NCBI GenBank assembly: GCA_964478715.1
Contig: CAYZIY010000013.1
Span: forward strand, 1 to 46,894
Length of the DNA: 46,894 nucleotides
Source: an uncultured Planctomycetales bacterium
Lineage (GTDB): Bacteria > Omnitrophota > Gorgyraeia > Zapsychrales > JBDRMG01
Reading direction: 5' to 3'
Made by a program: the position numbers and the translations under genes. How positions within the stretch are numbered: position 1 is the first letter of the stretch; every line of letters starts with the position of its first letter. The notes beneath the pieces were generated by a model. The model was not told the origin of the DNA and searched no databases. It worked only from the letters and a program-made list of their open reading frames with translations. This document shows, one piece after another, positions 19,160-29,052 of the stretch.

Positions 19160-20095
19160 TTATTTTCTTTTGAGAACTTTTTTGACGGCAGCTTGGATGC
19201 CGTTTCGTTCGATATTGAATTTCTTCAATAAACTTTGCGGGTCCCCCGTCTCTCCGAACTGATCGTTGACAGCGACCATTTCCATAGGCACGGGCAGAAA
19301 GCAGGACAAGACTTCTGCAATAGCAGAACCCAATCCTCCGTAAATCTGATGCTCTTCGGCGGTAACAACGGCTCCTGTTTTTTGAGCAGAAGAGATAAGC
19401 GTTTGCCGATCAATCGGCTTGATGGTATGCATATTAATCACTTCGGCCTCAATGCCTTCTTTTGCAAGACTGTCTGCCGATAACAGAGATTCGTAAACCA
19501 TAAGGCCGCAAGCAATAATAGTAACATGTTTTCCCGTTCGCAATATATTAGCGCGACCTACTTCAAAAGGATCGGATTCTTTGGTAATAATAGGAAATGC
19601 GGCTCGGCTTGTCCTCATATAGGCGGGACCGACTGTCTTGGTGATAGCTCGAGTGGCCTTCCGGGCTTCATTATAATCAACCGGACAAATGACACTAATG
19701 TTGGGTAAAACCCGCATAATGGCAAAATCCTCCAGGCATTGAGCGGTGGCTCCGTCTTCCCCTACGGTCAAACCCGTATGCGAGCAGACACATTTGACAT
19801 TGCAGTTATTGTAACAAACATCAATCCGAATCATATCATAGGCACGATTTGTTAGAAATACCGCAAACGATGTGGCAAAGGCCGTAAAACCCAACGTGCT
19901 GATTCCCGCTGCCGTACCGACAACGTCCTGTTCGGCGATTCCCAGATTAAAAAATCTCTCCGGAATTTCTTTTTTAAAATATTCGGCGCGGGTAGCATCT
20001 TCTAGATCACCAGAAAAAACAACAATCTTATCGTTCTTTTTTCCCAAAGCGAGAAGTTCGTCCCCAAATCCGTCTCTTGTCGGTCTTTTCTCCAT
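19160..20095 (-). CDS. Transketolase C-terminal subunit
   Basis: GIAEQ, GEDGATAQ, HTIKPID and EEHQIYGGLG motifs. Confidence 0.95.
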   Translation of the reverse strand: MEKRPTRDGFGDELLALGKKNDKIVVFSGDLEDATRAEYFKKEIPERFFNLGIAEQDVVGTAAGISTLGFTAFATSFAVFLTNRAYDMIRIDVCYNNCNVKCVCSHTGLTVGEDGATAQCLEDFAIMRVLPNISVICPVDYNEARKATRAITKTVGPAYMRTSRAAFPIITKESDPFEVGRANILRTGKHVTIIACGLMVYESLLSADSLAKEGIEAEVINMHTIKPIDRQTLISSAQKTGAVVTAEEHQIYGGLGSAIAEVLSCFLPVPMEMVAVNDQFGETGDPQSLLKKFNIERNGIQAAVKKVLKRK

Positions 20096-20922
20096 TATTT
20101 CTCAATCAATTCATCTAAAGCTTTTTTTAACTGCTCATCATTGGGTGCCTTGCCGTGCCAACAGCATTGCCCTTCCATGAAAGATATTCCTTTGCCCTTT
20201 ATTGTGTGGGCAATAATAAGGGAGGGTTTATTCTTAACCGCTTCAGAGTAATCCAGAGCTTTAATGATTTCTTTAAAATCATGACCGTCGACTTCCATAG
20301 CCTCCCAGCCAAAGCTCTTCCATTTCTCCGCAAGGGGTTCAATATTTTTAATGTTTTCCACCAGGCCGTTTTCCTGAACTTTATTGTAATCAACAATCGC
20401 GCAAATATTATCGAGTTTATGATGAGCAGCTGTCATAGCCGCTTCCCAAATAGAACCTTCCTGAATTTCTCCGTCTCCCAAAAGACAATAAATACGAAAA
20501 TCCTTTTTTAACAATTTTGCGCCCAGAGCCATACCGTTTGCGACGGAAAGACCATGCCCCAAAGAACCCGTATTAAATTCTATGCCCGGAACCTTAATGT
20601 GAACGTGACCTTGCAGTCGGCTGTCATTCTTACGAAATGTTTGCATTTCTTCTTTGGGAAAATATCCGGCATTAGCCAGGGTAACATAGGTGACCGGGGT
20701 AACGTGTCCTTTCGAGACGATCAATCGATCGCGATCTTCCCACTGAGGATCTTTGGGATTGTGTTTAAGCTTATAAAAATAGAGGGCTATAAATAATTCA
20801 ACCGCAGACAAAGATCCACCCGGATGACCGGATTTAGCGCGATGCACGGCCTGTAAGATTTCCCTACGAGATTGCACTGCTTTTTGCTGAAGATCTTTAA
20901 AATCAATTGTTTTAATGGACAT
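20095..20922 (-). CDS. Transketolase N-terminal (TPP-binding) subunit
   Basis: SGHPGGSLS, SKGH, TGSLGHG, GDGEIQEG and HGKAP motifs. Confidence 0.96.
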   Translation of the reverse strand: MSIKTIDFKDLQQKAVQSRREILQAVHRAKSGHPGGSLSAVELFIALYFYKLKHNPKDPQWEDRDRLIVSKGHVTPVTYVTLANAGYFPKEEMQTFRKNDSRLQGHVHIKVPGIEFNTGSLGHGLSVANGMALGAKLLKKDFRIYCLLGDGEIQEGSIWEAAMTAAHHKLDNICAIVDYNKVQENGLVENIKNIEPLAEKWKSFGWEAMEVDGHDFKEIIKALDYSEAVKNKPSLIIAHTIKGKGISFMEGQCCWHGKAPNDEQLKKALDELIEK

Positions 20923-21019
20923 GAATTAGATTATACCAGTCTTTTCTTTAAGAACGCCCGTCCAGGGAGCAAATCGTCTCGTATAAGCATTTTCAATTTG
21001 CGATCTGGATCAGGCCAAA

Positions 21020-21041
21020 CTCGAATACAAAAGTATTCGAG
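21020..21041 (-). terminator. Hairpin downstream of the tRNA, probable terminator
   Basis: Perfect 9-bp stem CTCGAATAC-N4-GTATTCGAG followed by TTT on the minus strand. Confidence 0.6.
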
Positions 21042-21048
21042 CAAAGTC

Positions 21049-21122
21049 TGGGCCATGCAGGACTCGAACCTGCCACACGCGGATTAAGAGTCCGCTGCTC
21101 TACCAAGATGAGCTAATGGCCC
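21049..21122 (-). tRNA. tRNA-Lys(CTT), CCA not encoded
   Basis: Minus strand GGGCCATTAGCTCATCTTGGTAGAGCAGCGGACTCTTAATCCGCGTGTGGCAGGTTCGAGTCCTGCATGGCCCA forms a cloverleaf with anticodon CTT. Confidence 0.97.
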
Positions 21123-21146
21123 TTGTTTTTCAAAATTTTCCGTCCT

Positions 21147-21174
21147 ATTATATCATCGAATTCGTTCCAGGCAA
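21147..21174 (-). promoter_or_regulatory. sigma70 promoter of the tRNA
   Basis: TTGCCT-N16-TATAAT with an extended -10 TGn. Confidence 0.7.
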
Positions 21175-21306
21175 GATTTTCTTGAGTAACTCCAACAGCT
21201 CCTGATCATTTTTTCCTCTGTGTTGCACTTCGTTATTGAACTTGTGAAATGTGTGCTATATAGATGTCATAAATCATGAAGCCAGGCATCGAGACACTTT
21301 CATTTT

Positions 21307-21583
21307 TCATTCTTCACTCAAAACGGCTGCGGTCTTGACAGAATAAGACTGTGTGCCCGAACGACCGGGACTGACAGGCGTGGCCGTAATCGTATATTCG
21401 TAATCGGAGAGATTGGCCTGATAATCAAATCCATAATGCGTTCCTGCGAAAAAATATTTGCTGTTCGCCTGGCCCTGACGGCCTCGGGGCCCCAAAGGAA
21501 GTCAATGTCGAAACAATGGCAACCGTGACAAGAATTTCAACCAACGCAAAAAACTCTTTTGAATAAGACTTTCGATATTGCAT
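21307..21583 (-). pseudogene. Decayed type IV pilin/prepilin gene
   Basis: ATG 21583 gives MQYRKSYSKEFFALVEILVTVAIVSTLTSFGAP (stop at 21425); a pilin-like C-terminus YTITATPVSPGRSGTQSYSV lies in another frame. Confidence 0.7.
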
Positions 21584-21688
21584 TAAATAATATTTTACTA
21601 AAAAATTGTAAAAAACAGAAGTCTGGAATGTGAAAAATGATCCTTTTCCAACTTGCTAATTTTCTTCATAAAGGATATATTAAATAAA

Positions 21689-23614
21689 ATGGAATCTTCT
21701 GCGCTTAAGCCACAAGAAAAGAAACCGAGGTTTGTCTTGAGTATTGCTTTTAATAGATATGTTCTCGTTTTTCTTTTAACCGCTCTTAATCTTCTAGTCT
21801 TTGGCTATGAGTATACTCCCAATACATACATCGCCCAAGATTTGCCCTTTATTCATGAAATCAACAATCCAGATCTTTATCCCGATGATCTTTATGTGAA
21901 CACTTTAAAAAGTTTTCCCTCGCTCTACGTCTATTTGATGGCTTGGCTCAGTCGACTGGCCTCTCTGGAAACAATCCATCTTTTTCTCTTTCTGGCCTTA
22001 AGATTTCTTCTATTTCTTGCTATTTTTAATCTCTCTTCCTTACTTTTCAGGTCTAGACTCTGTTCTTTGATCTCTGTCTTTATGTGCACCCTTTCTCCGC
22101 TTATCAGCATTTTTGGCCTTTGGGGCGAAGAACCCTTGATGCGCAACTTTCTTTATCACGGATCTTTTACGGCCCCCTTCTTGATCTTCGCCATCACTTT
22201 CTTTTTAAGAAAAAAGTATATTTCCTGTTTCGTTTTGCTTGCAATGATTTACTATTTTAATTCCCTGATGGCCAATTATTTGGCTGTTATGTTCTTTTTT
22301 GCTTCCGTTTATCTTTTCAGAGAAACGAAAAATCGAGACACCAAGAAAACTCTGATACTTTCCTGGGTACTCTTTATCATCCTATGGCTTCCTTTTCTAG
22401 TAGACGTTTTCTCACGCCCCTCCTTAACCCTGCCGACCGGACAACTTGTTTCTCTGCTTAAGTCCTGGCATCCGGGACACTATTTTGCTTCTTCCTGGAG
22501 CATCCACAAATGGCAGTTATCCGCCCTTTATCTCCTTGTATTCAGCGCTCTTCTCTGGAAATCGCGAAATAAAAACACATATCACCCTATTCTTTTTTAT
22601 TTTTTATTGGCAATGTTTTCGATGTGGTTAGTAGCCTTTATTTTTAGCGACATGATACCTTGGCCGGCTATTCTTATTATGCAATTTTATCGCTGCGATG
22701 TATTTTTCGTTCTTTTTGGAACCCTGGCCGGCGCTTCTTATATTTCTGGTTTAATCCGCACGCGAAAAGTCGATGCCCTAATTCAGGCTCTATTCCTCAT
22801 CCTGCTTCTTACTAATCTCAATCTTTTTCTCTCTTTGCGCCTTCTCTATTTTGTTTTCGGGTTCATTATCTTATTTATAGCCAAAGAATATTTTATTAAA
22901 CGCACAAAGAACGAGAATAAGAAATGCTTCCACGCTTGGATAATCCGGATTTACGCGGTCTTCTTTCTGGCATTTTGCCTTATTGCGGTCAGTGAAACAA
23001 GAGACAAACAATTAAGCTTACTGTCTTTGTCTGCACTTCTTCTGATTTATCTCCTTGGAGAAATTATAGCTGAAGAGAGACACCTATCCATGCGTGTCTC
23101 TGCAATGTTGGGTGTTCTGTTATTCTTTTCCCTCATCCCCTACTTTTCCGTGATTCGTTATCGCATCGCTAAAAGATCTTTGGAATATCGTTCATCTTTT
23201 CAATGTGACTGGATTACCCTCCAAAGATGGGCACAGTCATATACATCCACCGAGGCTAAATTCTTAACTCCTCCTTATATCAATGGCTTTCGTGTTTTTT
23301 CTAAGCGCACAGCTTTCATTGAACGTTTAGATGCGAGTGCTTTTCATTGGCACCCATCGATTTATCAACAATGGACAGAAAGATGTGCTCAACTGGGATA
23401 CAAAAATCTTCCAGGATTTGAATTTCATCCTTTCTATTCTTCTTCTCCAATATCTCAACAAACTCAAGCAATTTATAATACACTCTCCAGAGAAAAAATC
23501 TTGCAATTAGGAAGTCAATATGACCTTGACTATCTTGTGACTTACAATCGTTCTCTCGAAAACTTTCCTTTGGTCTATAAAAATGCAAACTTTGCCGTTT
23601 TTCGCATTGAATAG
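21689..23614 (+). CDS. Polytopic membrane protein, possibly a GT-C-type glycosyltransferase
   Basis: Many TM helices, NPDLYPDDLY loop, soluble C-terminal domain (FLTPP..GFRVFSKR); ATG 21689 follows TTGCTA-N17-TATATT. Confidence 0.6.
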   Translation: MESSALKPQEKKPRFVLSIAFNRYVLVFLLTALNLLVFGYEYTPNTYIAQDLPFIHEINNPDLYPDDLYVNTLKSFPSLYVYLMAWLSRLASLETIHLFLFLALRFLLFLAIFNLSSLLFRSRLCSLISVFMCTLSPLISIFGLWGEEPLMRNFLYHGSFTAPFLIFAITFFLRKKYISCFVLLAMIYYFNSLMANYLAVMFFFASVYLFRETKNRDTKKTLILSWVLFIILWLPFLVDVFSRPSLTLPTGQLVSLLKSWHPGHYFASSWSIHKWQLSALYLLVFSALLWKSRNKNTYHPILFYFLLAMFSMWLVAFIFSDMIPWPAILIMQFYRCDVFFVLFGTLAGASYISGLIRTRKVDALIQALFLILLLTNLNLFLSLRLLYFVFGFIILFIAKEYFIKRTKNENKKCFHAWIIRIYAVFFLAFCLIAVSETRDKQLSLLSLSALLLIYLLGEIIAEERHLSMRVSAMLGVLLFFSLIPYFSVIRYRIAKRSLEYRSSFQCDWITLQRWAQSYTSTEAKFLTPPYINGFRVFSKRTAFIERLDASAFHWHPSIYQQWTERCAQLGYKNLPGFEFHPFYSSSPISQQTQAIYNTLSREKILQLGSQYDLDYLVTYNRSLENFPLVYKNANFAVFRIE

Positions 23615-23658
23615 AACATTAATTTTATTCACTTGGCCTTGCATAAGATCCTCTCTGC

Positions 23659-23687
23659 TTGCAAAGTGATTTCTGACCATGTAGAAT
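23659..23687 (+). promoter_or_regulatory. sigma70 promoter for the protease/STT3 pair
   Basis: TTGCAA-N17-TAGAAT, 9 nt before ATG 23697. Confidence 0.6.
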
Positions 23688-23696
23688 AGCCTTACA

Positions 23697-24461
23697 ATGA
23701 AAATGCATTTCCCACATTGTACTTTTGCTAGATTTGTCCTGATTTCAATTACGACCTCTCTTTTCATCCTACGGGTCGCTGGTTTCTGTTTCTCTCAAGT
23801 ATCTTTTATCGAAACAGCTCAGAAAGTTTCGCAATCTCTTGTCACAATCGAAGCTCACGTTAGAGGACTTGTTCAATCACAACAAGCCGCTGCCGGCATT
23901 GATCCCCAAACGGGTCGACTTATCATCGCTAGAAATGCAAAGGCGATCTCTCATAACCGCACAGGAGCCGGAATAATCTTAGATCGAAATGGAATTCTTG
24001 TTACTAATGCCCATATCGTTAGAGGGGCAAATAGCATCAAAATAATCCTTAATGACGGTCAAGAGGAATCAGCATCCATAAAGAAGATTATTCCTGGAGA
24101 AGATTTAGCTTTTTTAAAGATAGATTCTCCCGGCCAGCTCAAACCCATTACTTTTGCGGATTCCGATCAGATTCATCTGCGCGATGAAATCTTTACGATT
24201 GGCCATTCGCCTCTTTTGAACAATACCATCTCAGGTGGAAAGATTATCGGCCTGGGGGTGCGCAGCCATAATTCAGCCATTGAGCTTTTTCAAATAAATA
24301 TGAATTTGTATAAAGGAGACAGCGGCGGGCCCCTGCTCGACCGTCAAGGACGGTTGATTGGGTTAATGGTTGCCGGTCAAATGCAGACGGATCAATCATC
24401 TTTCGCCATACCTGCCAATAAAATAAAGAAGGAATATCACAAAATTGTTAACGAACGCTAA
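23697..24461 (+). CDS. Trypsin-like (HtrA/S1C) serine protease without a PDZ domain
   Basis: VTNAHIV, DLAFLKI and GDSGGPL catalytic triad motifs; N-terminal hydrophobic segment. Confidence 0.9.
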   Translation: MKMHFPHCTFARFVLISITTSLFILRVAGFCFSQVSFIETAQKVSQSLVTIEAHVRGLVQSQQAAAGIDPQTGRLIIARNAKAISHNRTGAGIILDRNGILVTNAHIVRGANSIKIILNDGQEESASIKKIIPGEDLAFLKIDSPGQLKPITFADSDQIHLRDEIFTIGHSPLLNNTISGGKIIGLGVRSHNSAIELFQINMNLYKGDSGGPLLDRQGRLIGLMVAGQMQTDQSSFAIPANKIKKEYHKIVNER

Positions 24462-27012
24462 GAAACTCTATTCTTTTTTTTATTCTAAAAAAGCAAAGAA
24501 AACTTTGGCAGTTTTAGGCTTTTTGAGCATTTACTTATTCTGCCTCTTGTTACGTCTCTACCCTCTCTTCTCTTTCTCGGACTCCGACTCCTATGAAAAA
24601 GCCACTCTCTTAACAATCGCCCAATTAAAATCCCAGTCATTGGCCCAAGCCAGACAACAATTCGCTGAAGAATCCGGTGCGGATATAAAGCGACAGGCAA
24701 AAAAGATATTTGATCAACGATTGAAAGACGACAGCAATCGAGTGAAAGAAATTATTGATCAAAGAGCCCGCAAAATATTTCTTTCTAAAGGAGTTCGCCC
24801 CCGCCCCTATCTTTTGGCAGCCGATTCCTACAATTATTATGGATTGACAAAGAACCTTATTGAAACCGGAAATCTTAGCGAGACGATAAAGGGAAGTAAA
24901 TTCTTAAATAAAAAGATGCTAGCTCCTTTAGGTCACATGGAGCCCTTGAATGCCCACCCCTATCTAGGAGCCTATTTATTCCAAATGGTCAGATTTTTTT
25001 CACCAAAAGCTGATCTGATGTTTACGCTCTGCTTTATACCAGTAATTCTGACGATTCTTGGCTTCTGTGCTTTATTTTTCTGTGCTCGGTGTTACAATAT
25101 CAGGATACCTTTTATTATTATTTCCAGCTTCTTCCTATTTTTAGCACCCATTATCTTACGTCGAACCTCTTTCGGCTGGTATGATAATGATCCTTACAAT
25201 ATTATCTTTCCTTTTCTGATCCTGGGTCTCTATGCCAAAACTTTTTCTTCTCAAAGAAAATCCTTCCTATGGGCATTTGTTCTGTGTCTTTGCTTTAGTC
25301 TTTACTCTCTTTTCTGGCATGGATGGGGTTTGATTTTTGGGATCATCATCTTAAGCGGACTGATTCATCTGATTACTGAAATCCTGCTTCGCTCAGATCG
25401 CTCTTGCATCAAAAAGAACGGTCAATCCTTTGGTATTATTTTTTTGGGAACCTTTCTGGGTATTGGTCTTTTATTTGGATTCACGGAATTCTTTGTTCTT
25501 CTCGAAGAAGGATTAAGGGCTCTTAAGGACTTTCTGAATCCCGAACTGTCTTTGTGGCCTAATGTTTATTTCAATGTCGGCGAGCTTCATAGAATGCCTT
25601 TGGATCAATTAATCAGCCACTGTGGAGGATACCTGTTTTTCTTGATTGGCCTTTTTGCAGTTTTTGCTTGGCTCTATCAGTCGCTTATCGCAAAAAACAA
25701 TAAAGAACAACGGCTTCTCGTTCCGGCATTTATCCTTTATATCGTTCTCTTCGCTCTATCTTTAAAAGCGCAACGATTCAGTCTTTTGTTTGTGGTCCCG
25801 GCAGGAATCTTTTTTGCTTTAGGCCTGAATTTGATATGGAATTTTCTTATGAATCTTAAAAAGAATAAACCTTCAAAAAGAAAAATAGGATATTTTGGCC
25901 TTTGGGGAGTTTCCTGCCTTATCTTGATTGCATCAGCCATTCAAAGCGGAATGAAGGCTTATGCTACAATCTTTAACTGGCGCCCTATTGTCAATCAGAC
26001 CTGGGAAGAAGCCTTGCTAAAAATTAAAAACGATACCCCAGACAATAGTATAATTAATACTTGGTGGCCGCCGGGACATTTCATCACCTCTATGGCAGAT
26101 CGTCGAGTGACTTTTGATGGAGCCACAATTAATGTTCCACAGGCCTACTGGTTGAGCTGTTTTTTCTTAAATCAAGATGAAAAAGAAGCTCTGGGTATAT
26201 TAAGAATGTTAAATAATAGTGCCAATCAGGCCTCAGAACTACTGATGAACTCTGGCATTCCGATCGAGCGGGCCGTCAAACATCTTAAGGCCATTGTGCC
26301 TTTAAACAAAAAACAAGCAAGCCAATATTTACACAAACTTCCTTTAACCGGCAAACATATTCGACAACTCCTTGATTTAACTCACAAAAAGCCTCCCCCT
26401 TCCTATATTTTTCTCTACAAAGATCTCATTGAGAAAAATCTCGAATTAAGTTTTATTGCCCATTGGGATTTCAGAAAAGTTAGAGAAATCAATCAAGATC
26501 GCAATGCGCTAGAAGAGATTCCGCGTTCTGATCCAAAAAAATTTGTCCGCTACATCTGGAATAAATTGCTCACAGAAGCTCCCTTGAAATACTCAGAAAC
26601 TCTTGGGCAAATTCTCCGTGAAAGCAACAAAATCTACTTTCAGCAGGGAATCATGGTGGACTTAGGGCGGATGAGCGCGCGCATCAATTCCGAGAAATTT
26701 GGTCAAGGAATTCCTCAAATGTTAATTTTTCAAAAAGACGGCCAGCTGATTGAAAAACCGCTTGAAAACAGCAATCTCCCCGCAGCTATTGTTCTTTTAA
26801 AAAATGCTGCCGGTTATGAGTGCATACTAATGGACATCGCTCTAGCCCGTTCTCTTCTCATGAAACTGTATTATTTTCAAGGAGCCCACTGCAAATATTT
26901 GCGTCTTTTCAGTCATCATTCCAATCCAACGAAAAGAACCAAGATATTGATCTACGAAGTTTTATGGGATAAGTTTTTGGAGGACACTGCTAACAAGGTC
27001 ACTTCTTTTTAA
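24445..27012 (+). CDS. STT3/PglB/AglB-like oligosaccharyltransferase
   Basis: ADSYNY, GWYDND, VGEL and WWPPG...ADRRVTFDG motifs; about 13 TM helices plus a soluble C-terminal domain; start uncertain. Confidence 0.82.
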   Translation: MLTNAKKLYSFFYSKKAKKTLAVLGFLSIYLFCLLLRLYPLFSFSDSDSYEKATLLTIAQLKSQSLAQARQQFAEESGADIKRQAKKIFDQRLKDDSNRVKEIIDQRARKIFLSKGVRPRPYLLAADSYNYYGLTKNLIETGNLSETIKGSKFLNKKMLAPLGHMEPLNAHPYLGAYLFQMVRFFSPKADLMFTLCFIPVILTILGFCALFFCARCYNIRIPFIIISSFFLFLAPIILRRTSFGWYDNDPYNIIFPFLILGLYAKTFSSQRKSFLWAFVLCLCFSLYSLFWHGWGLIFGIIILSGLIHLITEILLRSDRSCIKKNGQSFGIIFLGTFLGIGLLFGFTEFFVLLEEGLRALKDFLNPELSLWPNVYFNVGELHRMPLDQLISHCGGYLFFLIGLFAVFAWLYQSLIAKNNKEQRLLVPAFILYIVLFALSLKAQRFSLLFVVPAGIFFALGLNLIWNFLMNLKKNKPSKRKIGYFGLWGVSCLILIASAIQSGMKAYATIFNWRPIVNQTWEEALLKIKNDTPDNSIINTWWPPGHFITSMADRRVTFDGATINVPQAYWLSCFFLNQDEKEALGILRMLNNSANQASELLMNSGIPIERAVKHLKAIVPLNKKQASQYLHKLPLTGKHIRQLLDLTHKKPPPSYIFLYKDLIEKNLELSFIAHWDFRKVREINQDRNALEEIPRSDPKKFVRYIWNKLLTEAPLKYSETLGQILRESNKIYFQQGIMVDLGRMSARINSEKFGQGIPQMLIFQKDGQLIEKPLENSNLPAAIVLLKNAAGYECILMDIALARSLLMKLYYFQGAHCKYLRLFSHHSNPTKRTKILIYEVLWDKFLEDTANKVTSF

Positions 27013-27917
27013 TAATCGCTTCGATTCTTTTGAAGTTCCCGAATTCTCTGTAAACGTCTTTCCTCTGGAGAAATAATAGTCGGCTCCCCGTCAAGTTCAA
27101 CGTCACCAGGATTCATCAAAGAACCTCTTAATCGAATTCTCATCATCCCTTCCACCGGAGCTGAGTCATCTTCTTTATTCTTGACGTCTTTTTCTTTGAT
27201 TTTTGAAGGGACAATAATGCCTTTGGGTGTTTGGCTTGCCGCTTGACGGTTAACGAGAGGGCCCATGGCCGCAGGACTATAACGATGACCACGTACTATA
27301 TCCTCGAGCTGCTTGGCTAATTGATCCTGCTCCATCATTCTTAAATTCGTAATGATCTCTAAGACCAACGGTTTCTGGTCATTCATAAAATAGGCGATTC
27401 CCAATCCAAAATAGGCATAAGGAATCTCGGACCTGTCTAAAATCTTTTGGAAATAAACAATTGCTTTCTGCGGTTGTTGCAAACCCAGCAAGTAAGTCCA
27501 GGCCAAAGACAACTGGGCATTACCGCTATGAGGATCTACATCCAGGGCCTTGTGGAGATATTTCTCTGCATTGTCAAATTGACCAAAACCATAATAAGCT
27601 CTAGCCAAATTGACATAGGCCTCTGCGTAATCCGGTTTGATATCGGTAGCAATCTTGAAATACCAAGCAACTTCCTGCAAATCCATATCGGTTTCACGAT
27701 AAGCCAGACCTAGATAATTATAGGCCTCGGCAAAATTAGGATTTAGCTCAATAGCTTGCTCCAGTAATTCAATAGCAGAGGATATTTTTCCTTGTTCAAA
27801 ATATTTCACTCCCATTTTAAAATATTCTATGGTATCCGACGCAACAACAATCGATCCAGAAATGCTTACCGTAGAAAATACCAATAATATTATTCTGTAT
27901 AAAATATTCTTTATCAT
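27009..27917 (-). CDS. Exported TPR-repeat protein
   Basis: Signal peptide; repeated AEAYNYLGLAY / AEAYVNLARAY TPR units. Confidence 0.88.
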   Translation of the reverse strand: MIKNILYRIILLVFSTVSISGSIVVASDTIEYFKMGVKYFEQGKISSAIELLEQAIELNPNFAEAYNYLGLAYRETDMDLQEVAWYFKIATDIKPDYAEAYVNLARAYYGFGQFDNAEKYLHKALDVDPHSGNAQLSLAWTYLLGLQQPQKAIVYFQKILDRSEIPYAYFGLGIAYFMNDQKPLVLEIITNLRMMEQDQLAKQLEDIVRGHRYSPAAMGPLVNRQAASQTPKGIIVPSKIKEKDVKNKEDDSAPVEGMMRIRLRGSLMNPGDVELDGEPTIISPEERRLQRIRELQKNRSDY

Positions 27918-27922
27918 AATAT

Positions 27923-29014
27923 CTAATTTGCCCGTCCGGTTAAACGTTCAAAAAGACTCGACTTGGGAGGCTCAACCTCTTGTGATTTAGCAGACTCTTG
28001 GTTTGATTTCAATTTGATATTAGGGCGAAATCGTTCGGAAAGCTGTTGACCGGAACCGATCCGCCCGCTTCCGCCAGAAGACCCGCCTTGTTCTAAGTCC
28101 TGCCCACCCCTTTGATTGATTCCACCTGATTCCTCGCCACGACCACTTAAACCGCCTGATCCACCGGAACCAGCTGTCCTGCCACCTGATTCGCCAAAAC
28201 CTGTGCTGCCATCACCCGTTCCGCTAGCACCGACCCCATCACCAACACCACCGACATCACCTACGGCTCCTGCAGCACCTGCGACTTCCGCTTCTTCTTT
28301 TTGCAATCCTCCTGATTCTCCGGTGCTTCCACCTGATGTTCTAGATCCTACGGGACCACTGCCTGAATCCTGATCCCCCTGACTACTGCCTGATTCAAAA
28401 GTTTCATAGCCGATTTGAGTCTTGGCCATACCCTGCTCTAAAGCCAACGCTTGTTCTTCCGTCAAAATAGCATCGACCAGTATTTTTTTGACGGTCATCG
28501 CTGCCTTGACCTCTTCGGCGCTGGCTCTTTTCGGAGTAATATTCATTTTCACAACCTTAAGTAAATCATCTGAGGTATCTACTAAATATATAAACTTTGA
28601 AATACTTTCAAGCGTTCCGTCGCATTCCAAATTCGCGAAATATTCCAAGTAACCCAATTTTTCATAAAAATCGGCCGGATTCACCTTAATCAGAGTAACG
28701 CCGGCTTCACTGGCCAAACGTTCTATCCTCTCAAGAAAGTTAGCCACAATCTTCTCTTCTGTCAAATAAGAATTTGCATAATATTTACTGAACTCCCCGT
28801 TTTCTCTAAGAATCGTTTTTTTGTGAGACAAAAAACGTAAATCTCTGGCCATCAGTCTTTTTTGCTGCTCCATCTCCATATCAAGTTCGTTTAAACGAGC
28901 AGCAACCGGCCCCAGAAAGAGGCGATCAAAAAGAGCTAGTAAAACAAAACCTAGAGAAACATAAAGCAGCTTTTTCTCTTTCCCTGAAAGCTTTTCCATA
29001 AACTTCTGAATCAC
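27923..29014 (-). CDS. PilO/GspM-like protein with a Gly/Ser-rich disordered C-terminal tail
   Basis: LSGKEKKLL + TM + coiled coil + LASEAGVTLIKVNP and GTLESISKFIY; position after PilM/N. Confidence 0.75.
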   Translation of the reverse strand: MIQKFMEKLSGKEKKLLYVSLGFVLLALFDRLFLGPVAARLNELDMEMEQQKRLMARDLRFLSHKKTILRENGEFSKYYANSYLTEEKIVANFLERIERLASEAGVTLIKVNPADFYEKLGYLEYFANLECDGTLESISKFIYLVDTSDDLLKVVKMNITPKRASAEEVKAAMTVKKILVDAILTEEQALALEQGMAKTQIGYETFESGSSQGDQDSGSGPVGSRTSGGSTGESGGLQKEEAEVAGAAGAVGDVGGVGDGVGASGTGDGSTGFGESGGRTAGSGGSGGLSGRGEESGGINQRGGQDLEQGGSSGGSGRIGSGQQLSERFRPNIKLKSNQESAKSQEVEPPKSSLFERLTGRAN

Positions 29015-29052
29015 ATCGAACCCCTTAAATGATACAATATACTCATTGATTA

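Noticed and set aside
21049-27012. tRNA-anchored integrative element
   Set aside because: No integrase or duplicated tRNA 3' end seen, and the block lies on the 5' side of the tRNA.
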